Assembly (NCBI GenBank): GCA_951406725.2 | Contig: OX597816.1 | Location: 181,288,001-181,352,000, forward strand | Source of the DNA: Octopus vulgaris | Lineage: Eukaryota | Reading direction: 5' to 3' | Length of the DNA stretch: 64,000 nucleotides | Notes under the pieces: generated by a model | The model's database searches: none | What the model was told of the DNA's origin: nothing | The model's input: only the letters and a program-made list of their open reading frames with translations | Made by a program: the position numbers and the translations under genes | In this document: piece by piece, positions 37,030-51,236 of the stretch | Layout: every line of letters begins with the position of its first letter | Position numbering within the stretch: the first letter of the stretch is position 1

Positions 37030-39114
37030 ACTTCAACACAAGAGCTTCTATACTTTCACACCGAGAACCTTCCAATATCTCAAAATCACTGATGCACTCC
37101 TCCCAATTAATGCCACAGATCCGTCTGAGACACATCTGATGGAAACGTTCCAGCTGTTTAAGGTGGTATCAATATGTGACCCAGGTCTCGCAGACATAAG
37201 GAAGAGAAGAGAGCACACATGCCTTGTACACCTTTATCTTTGTCTTCCTGCATATGTCTCGCCGACTCCAGAGGCGCCTTTCTAGCCTTCCGAAAGCATC
37301 ATTTGCTTTCCCAATTCTGCATGGAATTTCACTATCCAAATTGCTATATCTATTAACAGTGTTTCCCAGGTAGACAAACTGATCAACTACATCAAGTCGT
37401 TTACCATACACATATATATTTGGTTCACTATACTGCTTACCAAGGGCGGGTTGGTACATGACAACAGTTTTCTTGGGACTGACCATCAATCCTAAGGCAG
37501 TGCAAGCATCAGAGAATGCATTCAAAATGTGTTGCATATCAATCTCACTGTGTGCTACTAGCTCACAATCATCAGCATACAAAAGGTCTCTTACGATAGA
37601 GGTAAATACCTTTGTTTTTTGCAGCAAAGCGCCTGATATTAAACATGTTGCCAGAGGTTCGATAATGGACGTAAACACCGTATCTGCAGTTTCTGAATGC
37701 AATACAGAACACCATCGCGAAATATATGGAAAATAGGGTCGGTGCCAGAATATACTCATGTTTCACTCCATTTTGTATTGAAATGGGCTCCGACATTTTC
37801 CCTCTAATATTCACCCTACCATTCATGTCTTCATGAAAAGACCTAACCAAAGCAAGGAACTTTTCAGGGCACCCAAGTTTCTGGAGGACTTTCCACAATG
37901 CTTTTCTATTGACGGTATCAAAGGCTTTTGTCAGATCGACAAAAACCTGATACAAATCCAGACCCTGTTCCACACACTTTTCCTGAAGCTGTCTAGCTGA
38001 AAATATCATATCAGTAGTGCCGCGTCCCACACGAAAGCCAGATTGACTTTCTGGAAGAACACAATCTGCAATGTATTTCAGCAGACGATCCAGAAGTATC
38101 CTGCATAAAACCTTTCCTACAGCAGACAGCAATGATACTCCCCTATAATTACCACAATCATTCCTGTTGCCTTTCCCTTATACAGGACCACCAATACTGT
38201 ATCTCTCCAGTCCTCAGGTACAGATTCACTCGCCCATATCCTGCCAAACAAGGAGTGATGTTGCTGCAGAAGTTTCTCGCCACCATGCTGTAACAACTCA
38301 GCATGTATGCCATCCGTATCCGGAGATATCCCATTATTCATCCTTGAAACAGCCGCCGCAACTTCTTCAAACATTGGTGATTCCGCGCGCCTTCAGAGGT
38401 AACTCAGGGATAAGATTAAGAATATCCTCACTAACTACAGACTGCTGATTCAAAAGTTCATCAAACTGTTCTCGCCACCTTCGCAGAATTCCTTGTGAAT
38501 CACGAAAAAGTTCTTTACCATCCCTGCTTCGAATTGGTGTCAACAGGGAAGACGTCGGTCCATAAACTTCTCGCAAGAGACCATACAACAGCTTTGTGTT
38601 ATTGGAATCCGGACGCCGCCTGTATCTCATCAGCCTTCTTACTCCACCACGAATCCCTCATCTGGGAGAGTCTCCACCTCACACATGTTTTCACACCCTT
38701 GAGTTCCCTATGCAACACTTCCCTTTCCTGTGACTTTGCTGACAAATAGTGTGACAAAGTATGTCTCTTATCAGCCAATAAATCATTTATATGTTCATCA
38801 TTTTCTTTGAACCAATCTTGATGCTTTCTTTGTATCAATCCCAGAACATTCTTGCCTATATCATAAACTGACTTTTTAAGGGTCAGCCAATCCTCCCCAA
38901 TATCTGCAACATTCATTTCCTCTCGTTAAGTTCTCTTCACACTATTATACATAAGATGCACAACATTCAGTCTTTTAGGCAGGGTAATACCTGCAGCCCG
39001 GATTTTACGTTTTGTGATTAATTTCACTTTTGTATGTACCTGGCAGTGGTCAGTCCAACAAGCAGCCCCACGAGGAACACGAACACACAGCACATCCCGT
39101 CTGTCACGTCTGTC
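37030..39114 (-). mobile_element. RTE-clade LINE, truncated at both ends and frameshifted
   Basis: CWTDH (end of APE), QSGFR.GRGTTDMIF..RQLQEKC.EQ, FVDLTKAFD, LLYADD, YLG, TKIKVY..CETW. Confidence 0.95.
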
Positions 39115-40224
39115 ATATATATATGGCGGTGCCCCAGCATGGCCACAGCTCATGAGCTGAAACTAGAATCAATCAATCAATCAATCAATATATATATATA
39201 TATATAACAAAACATACATACATACATACATACATACATACATACATACATGTACATAAATATATATTGAAAGTAATAGAAATGAAACTAATATATATAG
39301 ATACATAATGAAAGTGATTGAAATTGAAGCCATATAAAGTATTAATAGAGATGTTATTGCTTTACTTTTGACACGTAATACGGAAATAGTGTGAGAGATA
39401 AGTGATTGCTCTGGGCTCGCATTAGGCAAGAAGTTGAAAATCTTTTGGTGGAATCCGTTGGGTAGTTCTCGAGTTTTGGGGAAGCACACATACAGACACA
39501 CACACTCACAGACAGACAGACACATTCTCATCTTTATATATATATATATATATATATACACGCACACACACATATATATCTGCAAAGAGATGTGGCAAAA
39601 GACTGCAATGACGTCAGCAAAAAGCTCGCCAGACATTGTATGGTTTAGCATTTTTAGCAACGTTGCGTGTTTTAGCTGTATGCTATTCATAAATATGGAG
39701 AATTATTGGATACAGAATCTCCTGATCCACCGTTCGGAAGTCTCGTGCTCTTATGTATACATCTGTCATGAAAAAGTTGTTAAAAAAATAGACAAAATTC
39801 AGATCTTCTATAACTAACAGATCCAAGTGCTTCAAGTGAAGTATTTTTGCCTAAAATGAAGTAGAAAATTATTGAAGCCATTTCATGTGTGTTGTTATTG
39901 TGATATAAATCACTTCTGCTCTCAAACAACAATGTTCACACTAAATGTTGCAACTGACATTATTGATTTCTCTTTTGCAGTGAAAATGGTAGAACCAGTA
40001 GAGCACTGGACAATAGTCATCTTGGTATCTATTATCTCATCCTTTACCTTTTGAGTTCGAGTCCTACGGATCTCAAATTTACTTTTCTTCCTTTCGGTGT
40101 CATTAAAAATTAACACCAGTCATATTTGTTCGAGTTCTGCTTCTTCGCGTTACCGTGGTTCTTTTTATTGTCGTTTTGACCGCTGTTTGTTACAATAGTT
40201 CTCGTCAATATTTCGGTTAACACT

Positions 40225-40620
40225 AAAGCTGTAAGCACAGTAGACAAAAGGCTTAACGGCATTTCGTCCGTGTTTATGTTCTGCTGATGTCGACTTTGCC
40301 TTTCATCCTTTCGGGATCGATAAAATAAGATACAGTTGAGCACGGGGATCGATTTAATCAACTTACCCCTTCCCCGAAATTGCTAGCTTTGTGCCAAAAT
40401 TTGAAACCAATATTTCTGTTCACGTTAAGGCGGTGAGATGACAGAATAATTAGTGCGCCAGACAAAATGCTTACTGGTATTTCATCCATCAGCATGTTCT
40501 GAGTTCAAATTCCGCCGAAGTCGATTTCGCCTTTCATCCTTTCGGGGTCGATAAAATAAGTACCAGTTAATCGACTTAATCCCTCACCGAATTTGCTAGC
40601 CTTGTGCCAGAATTTGAAGA
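40225..40620 (+). mobile_element. Two tandem SINE family A copies
   Basis: Cores at about 40290 and 40520. Confidence 0.85.
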
Positions 40621-41045
40621 CAATATTTCTGTTAACGCTATTATTGTCCCTTATACCGTGTTGCTATTGTGTAGCGGTTGCTAATGTGGCTGTTGTGTTG
40701 CTAATGTCGTTATTGTATCGCATTGTTGCCATTCTGACTCTAAGGTACTTATTCAAACAACTAGGTGTGTCCCACAGATTTATTGTTCTACGTATGCCAT
40801 ACCGCACACTTCGGCATTCACTGGATAATGTTACTTGGAACAGAGCAGCAGTTTGAAGATGCATTATTTCCACTCGCCAATCTATCTTTGTGCACCTGTA
40901 TAATATGGTGGTAACCACAATGGAAATGAACAAGAGCACAACAGATACTGTTCGCCAACAACTACCGTTACTGATGTGCATACTAGCACAGTATTTGTCG
41001 AGGAGATTATAGATGTATTTTTGTGTAACGGTCTTGATTTTGCTG

Positions 41046-41048
<3 letters not shown>

Positions 41049-41097
<49 letters not shown>

Positions 41098-41112
41098 ATG
41101 TGTGTGTGCGCG

Positions 41113-41160
<48 letters not shown>

Positions 41161-41225
41161 TGTGCCTGCGTGCGTGCCTGCGTGCGTGCCTGCGTGCGTG
41201 CCTGCGTGCCTGTGTGTGTGTGTGT
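41049..41225. repeat. (TG)n plus (CCTGCGTGCGTG)n compound microsatellite
   Basis: Seen directly. Confidence 0.95.
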
Positions 41226-41663
41226 TTGGTGGGAGGTAATATTTGTACTAAGTATGAAGGACATTGTTTTGTTTTTGAAATTGTGTTGCAACTTGTCTGA
41301 ATGTTTGTATGGACTCAGTTAAATAGATAGTGTTGTTAGTGGGTGTTTAGTGTTCTAGGGTAATGCAGATGCGTTTGAACATAGTTGAATGTGTCGCGAA
41401 AGAAAATGCGAGAGAATTGGAACTTACTGTTAAAAAAGACTGTGTCCTCGCATGTCCAATTAATCTTTCATTTTTTTTTTGTACTTTAACTCTATTGAGT
41501 ACATAACCTATGCACATGGTCAATGCACAAATTGTGATGATGCAAAGTATTGATTTATGTTCTTCATAGATAATTGGGAAGGGTTTTAGGGATCCCCGCC
41601 AGGGATAGCATAATCGATGATGAATCAAAGTATTGCTTCTCTACTAATGTTGTTTCTTATTTC

Positions 41664-41896
41664 ATATTTCTTTATTACCCACAAGGGGCTAAATATAGAG
41701 GGGACAAACAAAGACAGACAAAGGTATTAAATCGATTACATCGACCCCAGTGTGTAACTGGTACTTAATTTATCGACCCCGAAAGGATGAAAGGCAAAGT
41801 CGACCTCGGCGGAATTTGAACTCAGAACGTAATAACAGACGAAATGCCCCTAAGTATTTCGCCCGGCGTGCAAGGGTTTCTGCCCGCTCACCGCCC
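41664..41896 (-). mobile_element. SINE family A (long-tail subfamily)
   Basis: Colinear with 9258-9487. Confidence 0.9.
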
Positions 41897-42858
41897 AAAT
41901 GTTGTTTCTCTGTAGTACCTGTAACTCTTTTAAGTATTTTTGTCATCTACGTGTACTGTGAATGTTGACGGGATCTCTGTAACTCCTACTCATTTTGTCT
42001 TCTGAACGTGCGATATGTCTATGTTAATGATAGCTGATTATATTTTACTTTCGATTGATAGGAAAGCAGATTTTGAATTTGATAAAGGCTACCTACTGTT
42101 GTTATGGAACCAAATTTCTCTGTGATTAATGTATTATTAGAAAATGTGTGCAGATATATCTGGAGAACAGAGGGAGTATGTGATAGTGATGACTTCTGTG
42201 CAGAAGACTGTATGTTCTATAGGTGTGTAATTATTGTATAGATTTAAATTTTTTTAGATATTGGGTGAGAAAAAGGATCCTTACTGTATTGCAAATTCTG
42301 GATGTTTATTCATTCTCCATGGGCCTGACCACATCAAAGAACATTTGCTAACGAGCGTTTTTGCTGTTTCTTCCGGAAGTGTTGCGTATTTGTGTATAAC
42401 AGTTAATGAAGTCGAAAGCTTTGCCAGCTGATGGTAGTTAGGACTGTTCTGTTGTTGTATGTTATTGAAGCCATATTTGTGTGTGTGTAAAGATTGTTTA
42501 TTAATATGATAGTTGCGCGTAAAGGTCTAAATCTGTTTTGTGTGTTAAAGAAAGTAATACGTAGATTGATAATGTTTTACATGCACATTTGCTATTTTGT
42601 CAGACTCTGAGACTTCTAAAATTTTGTAATTGCCTTTTTGTTCTTTTTTTTTTGTTTTTAGGGCGTTTTTTTAGGGGGTTTTGGGGGTTTTTTTGTTTTT
42701 TTTCTTTGATTTTTTTTTTTCATTTTTCTTATCTGTTTTCTTATGTGTTTCTTATGTGTATCTTATGTGTTTTCTTGCGCACGAAAAAAACGGAGTAGAA
42801 CTGATAACAGTGGATAACAGTTAATGATATGTTGCCCTTTATGTTTCTGTTTCCGCAG

Positions 42859-42893
42859 CGCACTTTCCGTGGCTGATTTTCGACAAGTATTTC
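42859..42893 (+). other. Candidate 35-nt microexon of an unidentified host gene
   Basis: Strong acceptor tttatgtttctgtttccgcag and donor GTAAGT in repeat-free DNA; two frames open (ALSVADFRQVF, HFPWLIFDKYF). Confidence 0.35.
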
Positions 42894-43934
42894 GTAAGTG
42901 AACACGTTTGCTTGTTGGAAACTAGTCACGTAACTTGGGGCTTTTATCATCACATGAGACGAATGGCTGCCCTGTTGTTTCAATTATTCCGACAACTAAT
43001 TATTTTATTGCATTTTAATGTTTGTTTAGTGATTCGTCTTCGATACAAATGTTTGCTTGTTTTCTGCTTTTAGGTGAGGACTTTTCTGTGATTTCCTTTT
43101 TTCACTAACTTCGTGTCGAGTTTATTTCTGTTAAATGCTGTGTTGGATTATTAGTTTCGGTTGCGTCACTGACTTTCTATTTTTCATACTACCTTACAGA
43201 ATGTTTTTTAAAAACAATTGTTTTGTTTTTTTACGAGGAAAGTGTTGTGTTGTTAAGTTCTTTGAATTTTAACTCTGTCACTAGATATGGAAGTTGTTCT
43301 ACTAGGTTTTTATTATGTTTGAGAAAGCATGTGTGAGTGCGCGCGCGTTTTGTCGATTGTTGATATGTAGTTGTTGTGATGATGTATCAGGTAAGCAATC
43401 AGAAGGAAGTTGAGAGATTGCTTGTCACGAGATTTTCGTGGTTAAATGTGTTGTGCAGAAAGTAATGTCTGAAGAATGGATGAGATTTTGATGGAAAGTT
43501 TGATGAGATATGTGGATGTGTAAGTGTGAGGTGTTAAGAATGTAAATGAAGTTAGGCAGTGAAGCCATTGTGTCATCATCTCTTGTGTTATTTATATTGT
43601 TCCGTCATTGATGTTTAGCATCAAATCAGCCCTGACCAAGTACATCAATGATTCATTGCAGCCACAATCATCTTGTCCTTTTGTATATCTAGGAGTGCAG
43701 TATTCATTATGTTTTTTCTTTTATTGTTTTAAGACGACAGGGTGTAATCCGAACGATATTTAGCTGTTATTTCTTGTAGGTCAGTGACAAAGTAGAGATT
43801 CCCTTGTTGTCTTTTCTGAATTGTTTTGGTTTGTTCCATGAAATATGTGCATTGGAGTCTCCTACAATTATTGCTTTTGGTAATGTGTTAATGTGTTGTA
43901 GTTAGAGTGCGTGACCTAGTAAGTTAGTTGTGTT

Positions 43935-43967
<33 letters not shown>

Positions 43968-44911
43968 GTATTGATGTTTTATATTGTGACATCTGTGTCA
44001 CATGGTGCATGTCGTTATGAATGCTATGAAACCTTCACCGTGATTTGCCATATACCACCTTATCGAGGTGTGATAATAGACGACGTGTACTGGGTTGCAG
44101 TCATAGCATTGCATTTCTGTACCGTTGTAATGCCGATGTCATGTGTAACGAACATTTTAGTTCCATAAATTTGTTTTTAAACCTATCTGTTAAACGCAGG
44201 TTCGTTATATTTATGCATTGTAATTTCTGTATTGCGTGCAACAATTTTCGAGCGTAATTTGTTCTGTGCCAGGCTTTGACTTTCAAAATATAATAGTGAC
44301 AATTGCGTTTTTTATGATTATGATTCATTTTTGGTGTTTATTTGAGTTTTTGGCAAATGGTATTCTTTGTATGCGTCTAAGTATTTTCTTCACATGTCTT
44401 TACTTTTTCAAAGATATTAATATCCGTTTCATGCTGAGTCGCCGCTTTCAGATTTCTTTCACACATGATATTAAAATGCTTTTTGTACTGTCTTTTTTTT
44501 TTTAGTGTGTTCTTTCGTTTTGAAGGAAATTAGTGAATTTGGTACTACTTGTGCTCTCTATTCCTGGTTCTCCGGTCAGATGTGTGCATGGAATCTAATG
44601 TAGCACTCAAACGATGTCGGGTGTCATACTGAAGTTCGCGTGATTCTAAGAAGATTCAAATATATCCAAAAGATAAATGAGAATCTGGAAATATCGATTT
44701 TATAGCTTTTCGTATATTTGTGAAAATATTTGCAAAGATGAAGCAAACTAACTCCTGAACATCTTACTTGATAACTGTCGAGAATTATACGAGTAAAAAA
44801 AAATGATGGAAAGGGAAAATAAAACTAATATATTGATAAGGAGAGTATTTAGTTACATTTATCAAAGAAACAAAGTGAAAAGTATGGGATGAAAATAAAA
44901 AAACAGTACGT

Positions 44912-45325
44912 ATTTCGGGGCAGTGATTAAGTTGATTACATCGATACCCATTACTTAACTGCTACTCATTCTATCAACCCGAAAAGATGAAAGGCAAAGT
45001 CGAGCCCGGCGATATTTGAACTCAGAACGTAAAAACGGACGAAATGTCACTAAGCATATTGCCTGATTTGCTGACGAATCTGACAGCCCACCGCCTTACA
45101 AAGAAACATTACATACTGATTTCAAATTTTGGCACAAGGCCGGAAATTTCGGGGGAGGGGTAAGTCGATTATATCGACCCCAGTGCTCAACTGGTACTTA
45201 TTTTATCGAAAGGATGAAAGGCAAAGCCGACCTCGAAGGAATTTAAACTCAGAACGTAAAGACGGACGAAATTCTGCTAAGAATTTTGCCGAGTGTGCTA
45301 ACGAATCTGCCAGCTCACCTCCTTA
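44912..45325 (-). mobile_element. Two tandem SINE family A copies
   Basis: Each head is followed by the same aacattacata flank. Confidence 0.85.
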
Positions 45326-45989
45326 GACGGAGACATTACATATTAATATTTGGATTATAGACTCAGCTTTTATAGATGCGTATTTCTAATGAAGGCTTTT
45401 ATACGTAACAACATTTACCTACTTATGACTATGGAGCCTAACTCATATTTTACTTTAATAAAAACAATGTAATAAAAACAATGGAAAAAGTCTATTGATT
45501 GCATTTTTTATCGAAAATTAAGTATCTGTAATTTAAGAGCTTCGATCTCTGTATAAATGTTCGTTTGTTACATGATGATCGATTATTGATAACAACAAGC
45601 TCATAAGTTATCTGTTTTAGAGCGATAAACAATTCACGCGGACATTCTTCGTAAAATCTCAATCTGTTATCCATGTTCATAAATGTAAAGCCTCATTTAT
45701 TTCTTTTCATTGAGTTCGTCGTGTTTCTTTTATACTTGTAACGATATAATTCCAAACTGATATTAGACTTTTATGTTTTTAAAGTATTTCTATACTTCAC
45801 TCGTTTCTGTCTGACTACAGCTGTTTTCTGCTATTATTCTGTAGTGTCACTGCCATCCAAGAAATATTTTATGTGCAGCACACTTGAAAGTAGATAAATA
45901 TGTTTTTGCACATTTTCTGCATAAAGCAAAAAAAAAAGTGTATTTAAAAATTTTGGGGGACAGACAGTTAGATAGATAGATAGATAGAT

Positions 45990-46172
45990 ACGCACTGGCG
46001 TGGTTATGTGTTAAGGGGCACGGTTTGTAACCACCTGGTTTCGAGATCAGTCCCACTGTGCCGTACCTTGGGAAAGTATCTTCAACTATAGCCTAGGGTC
46101 GATCAATGCCTAGCGAATGCATTCAGTAGATGGAAACTGCATGAAAACTCGTCATTTATATGCAGGGGGGTG

Positions 46173-46212
<40 letters not shown>

Positions 46213-46385
46213 CTTGCGTTTGTCCTCCCTCACCACTTGACAATCGGTAGTGGTTTGTTTACGTCTCCGTAACATAGCGGTTCACTAAAAGGAATCGGTA
46301 GCATAAGTACCAGACTTTCAAAAAATAATTACGATAGTCGATTTGTTGAAGGTGGAGCCCCAACATGGCTGCTGTCATGGAGCCC
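45990..46385 (+). mobile_element. Older SINE family B
   Basis: Diverged match to 24272-24680. Confidence 0.8.
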
Positions 46386-46748
46386 CAACATAGCTGGAAC
46401 ATGTAAGAGATAAAAAATATAGGATGCCTTTTAACCAAAGAATATAAATAATTTAAGCTACAAAATATCATTAAATACTTCTTTATTCGATAAATAAAGA
46501 CAAGCTATCAATGCAAAACATGAACTCGGTATTTTTTAGCAATATTTATTGTTCTGCTTTGCATTTTTTTTTTTTTAATCAGAAAGTACTTTTTTAATTT
46601 CTTTATTTTTCAAGACCAAAAGGCACATGTCCTTAAACCGAAAAGGTTCCCCAAATGCTCAGGCATCCAAGGACCCAAGTCTTGATGTTAAACCGGATGA
46701 CGGATAAGTCTACCACCCAAGAATTCAGAAAGCTGGAAGAAATATCGG

Positions 46749-47090
46749 TTTCAAATTTTGGCACAAGGCCAGCGATTTTAGGTTTGGAGTAAGTCGATTA
46801 GATCGGTCTTAGTTTTCAACGATTACTTATTTTATCGACCCCGAAGTGATGAAAGCCGGAATTTGATCTCAGAACATAAAGACGAACGAAATGCTACCGA
46901 GCAATTTGTGCGGTGTGCTAACGATTCTGTCGACTCGCCGCCTTAATATTGCAAAGCATCTCGTCTGACACTTGAACAATTCCGTCAATCCATCTCACTG
47001 AGCTAGTACTATATTTTATCGACCCCGAAAATATAAAAAATAAAGATGACTTCAAAGAAGTTTGAACACAGAGAGCTCTGCCAGTTCGCA
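46749..47090 (-). mobile_element. SINE family A, one full and one partial copy
   Basis: Reverse-complement cores at about 46830 and 47015. Confidence 0.75.
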
Positions 47091-47120
47091 AGATGTATTT
47101 GAGATACGATGCAATTAAGT

Positions 47121-47188
<68 letters not shown>

Positions 47189-48459
47189 ATGCATTTAATG
47201 TAAGCGAGCAAAACAAATCTTAATTCATGTAAACGTTTGTATAAAACTGAATAGGAATAAATGCAGCTGTTTTAGCGACTGAAGAATATTTTTCCTCAAT
47301 AGAAATCCAAAATGTTTCAATAAGTAACTCTATATATTTGATTATTAAGATCCGCTCTGGCTGAACATTGAAGCCAGTTCTCCGTCAGAAGATTTTCAAA
47401 CCAATATCAGATTATCTTAATAAAAGGATTTCAAACTCAATCAAAAAGTGCTTAATGGAGGAACATCAAAGTTCACTTTCCCTTTCTCAGTTCTCAAAAT
47501 ACTGTACTCAAGTGAATTAGAAGGACGAAGTCTTCCATTATCTTCTACTCTGAGTTTAATTGATTGATACTGTTAGTGAAATTCTATATATAGTTAAAAT
47601 ATAGAATTTCGGTTCATAATTTTCCACTTTTCTTTCTTTTAATATAATTGTATGGATTTGCATAACATAAATGAAGCAGGGTGACATAGAATTATGACGG
47701 TTTAGAATTGTTCAAGAATTATATATTATCATGCAAATTGGAAAAAAAGAAGTGAAAACAAGCAAAATGAAATAAAATAAAAGTTCACATTTGTATGTTT
47801 TATTCTAATATTAAAAGAAAATTGAGGATAGTGACGACCTGGTATCATTTGTACTGTTGCAAAGATACCAACCATTGTTTTGTTTTACTTTGCTTCTGTT
47901 TTTGCATTTTTTTTCATTCTTAACTGGTTTTCTAAAACAACTTTAATAATTTTATAATTTTCACGGTACTCAATTTGGAAAACACTGCTCCAGCGTTTCC
48001 TGTGTTATGGATAACAGCTGAGATATTTCTGTAAGTATTGTTTATACATCCGTATAATATGAAGAGGATTTACATGAAAATTACTTGGCTATAATATATT
48101 ATATGCCAGTGATTCTTAATTCTTTTCGTGTATCCGATTGAAAGATATTCTTTATCTCTTGATAAAACCGATATGTAAATTCTATTCTGCTCTAAAACAA
48201 TCTCTATGATTAATGTCAACACTCGACAACTGACGATACCAGTCTTTTGTATAGCTCGATTTCTGCTACAATTTTCAGCAAACCTACTTTTATTTCTATC
48301 ATAATAATAAAATAACAAGTTGCTTCATCAGACTGATGGGAAAATTACAGGCTAGTATTTATGATAACATTCATTGTATTGTGGAAAATAGTCAGATACG
48401 CCAAATGCATTTGGTTCCGTCAATACTATTTAAGTACACGTGTGTATGTGTATGCGTAA

Positions 48460-48546
<87 letters not shown>
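48460..48546. repeat. (GATA)n microsatellite
   Basis: Seen directly. Confidence 0.97.
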
Positions 48547-48547
<1 letters not shown>

Positions 48548-49583
48548 GCTATTAAGGGATGAAGGAAAGAATCCTCAAAAACTGGAGACCTAGTCCTAAT
48601 ATTCACAACATAATGGAGTCCGCTAAAGACACTTAGAGGTTGTTAACCCTAATGACGGGCTAACTCTTCCGTATAATAACGTACAATGCATTCGTATGAA
48701 ACTTGTACAGTTTCCATGTACCTAATTTCACTAACGAGGTTTTTCCTTTTGCATTTGTCACATTTAGGAACATAATATTGTTCTTTTTACCGTGCAAGAC
48801 TGTGGAGCGTCCGGAAAGTGCTTTGCAGTATTCGATCCAGCTCTACAACTGTAGATTTATAGCTTCTGAGATATCAATACAGAAATCTCATCTGTGTTCA
48901 CTCTACGATATAAAGTACTTTGTCTGAAGCTATGGTACAAGTATTTATATATTTGTACCATTGTCGAAACTAATTTGCTTTGTGAATAAATCTATTACAA
49001 AATTAAAAACGACTACACATTTTTAGATTCAGGTGCATTTTCAAATCCCAAAACAAACACCATATATATATGGTGCTTCGAAAAATGGAGGCGAACACCT
49101 TCCTCCGTGTGATCGGCTTGAAAAACTGTTAAGACTCTAGGATATTTTCCTAAATTTTTAATATGAAACCAATGGTAGCCTTAATTCACAAATAAAGAAA
49201 TTATATCCCCCAATGCTTTGTTGAGCACTCTTTGTATTCCTAGCCTTTCTCCTTTCTCTTTTCTCTTCCTTCATCCCTCCCCTTTTCTTCTCTATCACTC
49301 TCTCTTGCTACTTTTCTCTTCTACCTGCTGTTGTCACGTGACCCGCGGCTAGCTTTCTCCATTTTTCACTCTGGTTCCGTAGCTGACCAGTCGCAAACTC
49401 TATGTCCCTCCTTCTATTACTCACTATTCTTGTCTTCTTGACCCCTAAGGCCGTATTTTGCTCCCTGTTCGTCCTTGTCCACCGGCCTAAATCACACTCC
49501 GTGCTGTTTTGCTTTATTTTGTTTGCCTTCGGTCCTGAAATCTCCGCAAAAAAATTTTTGCGGGCACCGCCATATATATTATA

Positions 49584-49621
<38 letters not shown>

Positions 49622-50006
49622 ATGTGTGTGCGTGCGTGTGTGTGTGTGTGTGTGTTTTGACTTGTTCAGTCGACTGTGTCAGCCTTAACTTACGACCCCA
49701 AACATTGTCACTTGATACTAACAAATGGACGTAACGGGGGAACCTAAAACAATTTCTAAGACCAGTCATGTGACTATCTTCTACCGATCAAATACTATTC
49801 AAAACATATACTAATTTGAGCCATGAACTCTCTATAAAAACAGTGCAAGCTTCAAAGACTAGTCAGAAGCGAGACAGATGCGACATAAGCCACGTCTTTC
49901 TATTTGAACTTTTTGAAAATCAGTGTAAACTGTGAAACCGGTTAAAGCTTTTAATATATTAAGAAAATATATTTTAACTATTCTCAGTTCATTTTCAACT
50001 TCTGTT

Positions 50007-50118
<112 letters not shown>

Positions 50119-51190
50119 CTTGTTGCTTATGGTAATCTTGTTGTTTATGTAGTGTTCTATTTATCGTATTTTCCTTTGTTATTAATTATTAAATAATTTA
50201 GACATACCTTGATAAATAGATAGGTTCGTTTTTAAATGGTTTGTTTGATAATAGAATAACTATATAAGTTATTATTCACATTCATAAATTTGTTTTAGAG
50301 TGGTGTTGGGGTTTTTAATAGTATATTGTTGAGTAGGGAATGTAAGTGGCTGAGTGTATGTATCTGCTGGATTTGTTACTCCTCTGTGTTGGAGTGGCGG
50401 TAGGAGTGCGGTTGTATGTGAGAGATTGTGTGTGAATGTGTGTGGGTGTGCATTGTTTATGTGTAGAAATGTTGTTTTCTTTTGAGTGTTTATGTATGTG
50501 TGAATGTGTGTGTGTGCGTGTGTTTGTTTGCGTATTTGTGTATGTTTGTTGCATGCATGTGGTATTTGGATATGTGTGTGTGTGTTTGTTTTAAGTATTT
50601 ATGTATGGTTGTGGTATATATGTGGTATATGGTATTTGGTAGTTTCTTGCTAAGAATGAAATGTTTATATTGTTGTGGTTGAGTATATGCGGCTGCTGGA
50701 TGTGTGGTTGTCATGCAGAGTGAGTGTGTTTATGAATGAGGGTTGTATGTGTGTGTGTGGGAGTATGAATAAGTAATGTGTTGAAGTATTTGGCTATTTT
50801 ATTAATTTATCGTTGCCTAGATGTTTATGTGTATGTATCGAGATATATATATATGGGTGTGTGAGTTAGTGTATGTATTTAGATATGTTTATATATACTT
50901 AGATATATGTGTATGAGCATGTGTGTATATATAGTTTATTTTTATTTTTGTGTTTTGTTTTTTGTTTTTTGTTTTTTGAAATTAGATTCTTCATCTTTAA
51001 ATATGAGAACTTTAATACTAGGTTTCTTTATATTCAATTGTTTATAGAGGTTATTTTAGTTCTTGATTATATATAGATTATATATAGATTATATATATAT
51101 TTTTTTTTCATTGATAAATTTATATTATTTATAGTTTTAGTCATTTTAAATTTATATTTTAAAAATATTGATTATTTTTAGATCTGAAAT

Positions 51191-51236
51191 CCACCTGATG
51201 AATGTCCTTTGAAGAGACATGAAACAATTGTAGTGG
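51191..51236 (+). ncRNA. Intact minimal type I hammerhead ribozyme motif
   Basis: Stem I ccac/gtgg, CTGATGA at 51195-51201, stem II atgtc/gacat, GAAA at 51221-51224, palindrome acaattgt, GUA triplet. Confidence 0.92.

Noticed and set aside
36845-37135. RTE-Tc1 chimeric ORF as a new fusion gene
   Set aside because: Only 96 aa, both parents are frameshifted nearby, and it is explained by the deletion junction.
40774-41011. Possible exon after cccacag
   Set aside because: Stops in every frame, no good donor and no recognisable protein.
49113-49180. ggc-ttgaaaa...GAAAccaatggta-gcc as a degenerate HHR
   Set aside because: Two core mismatches and a weak stem II; may be a relic but cannot be supported.
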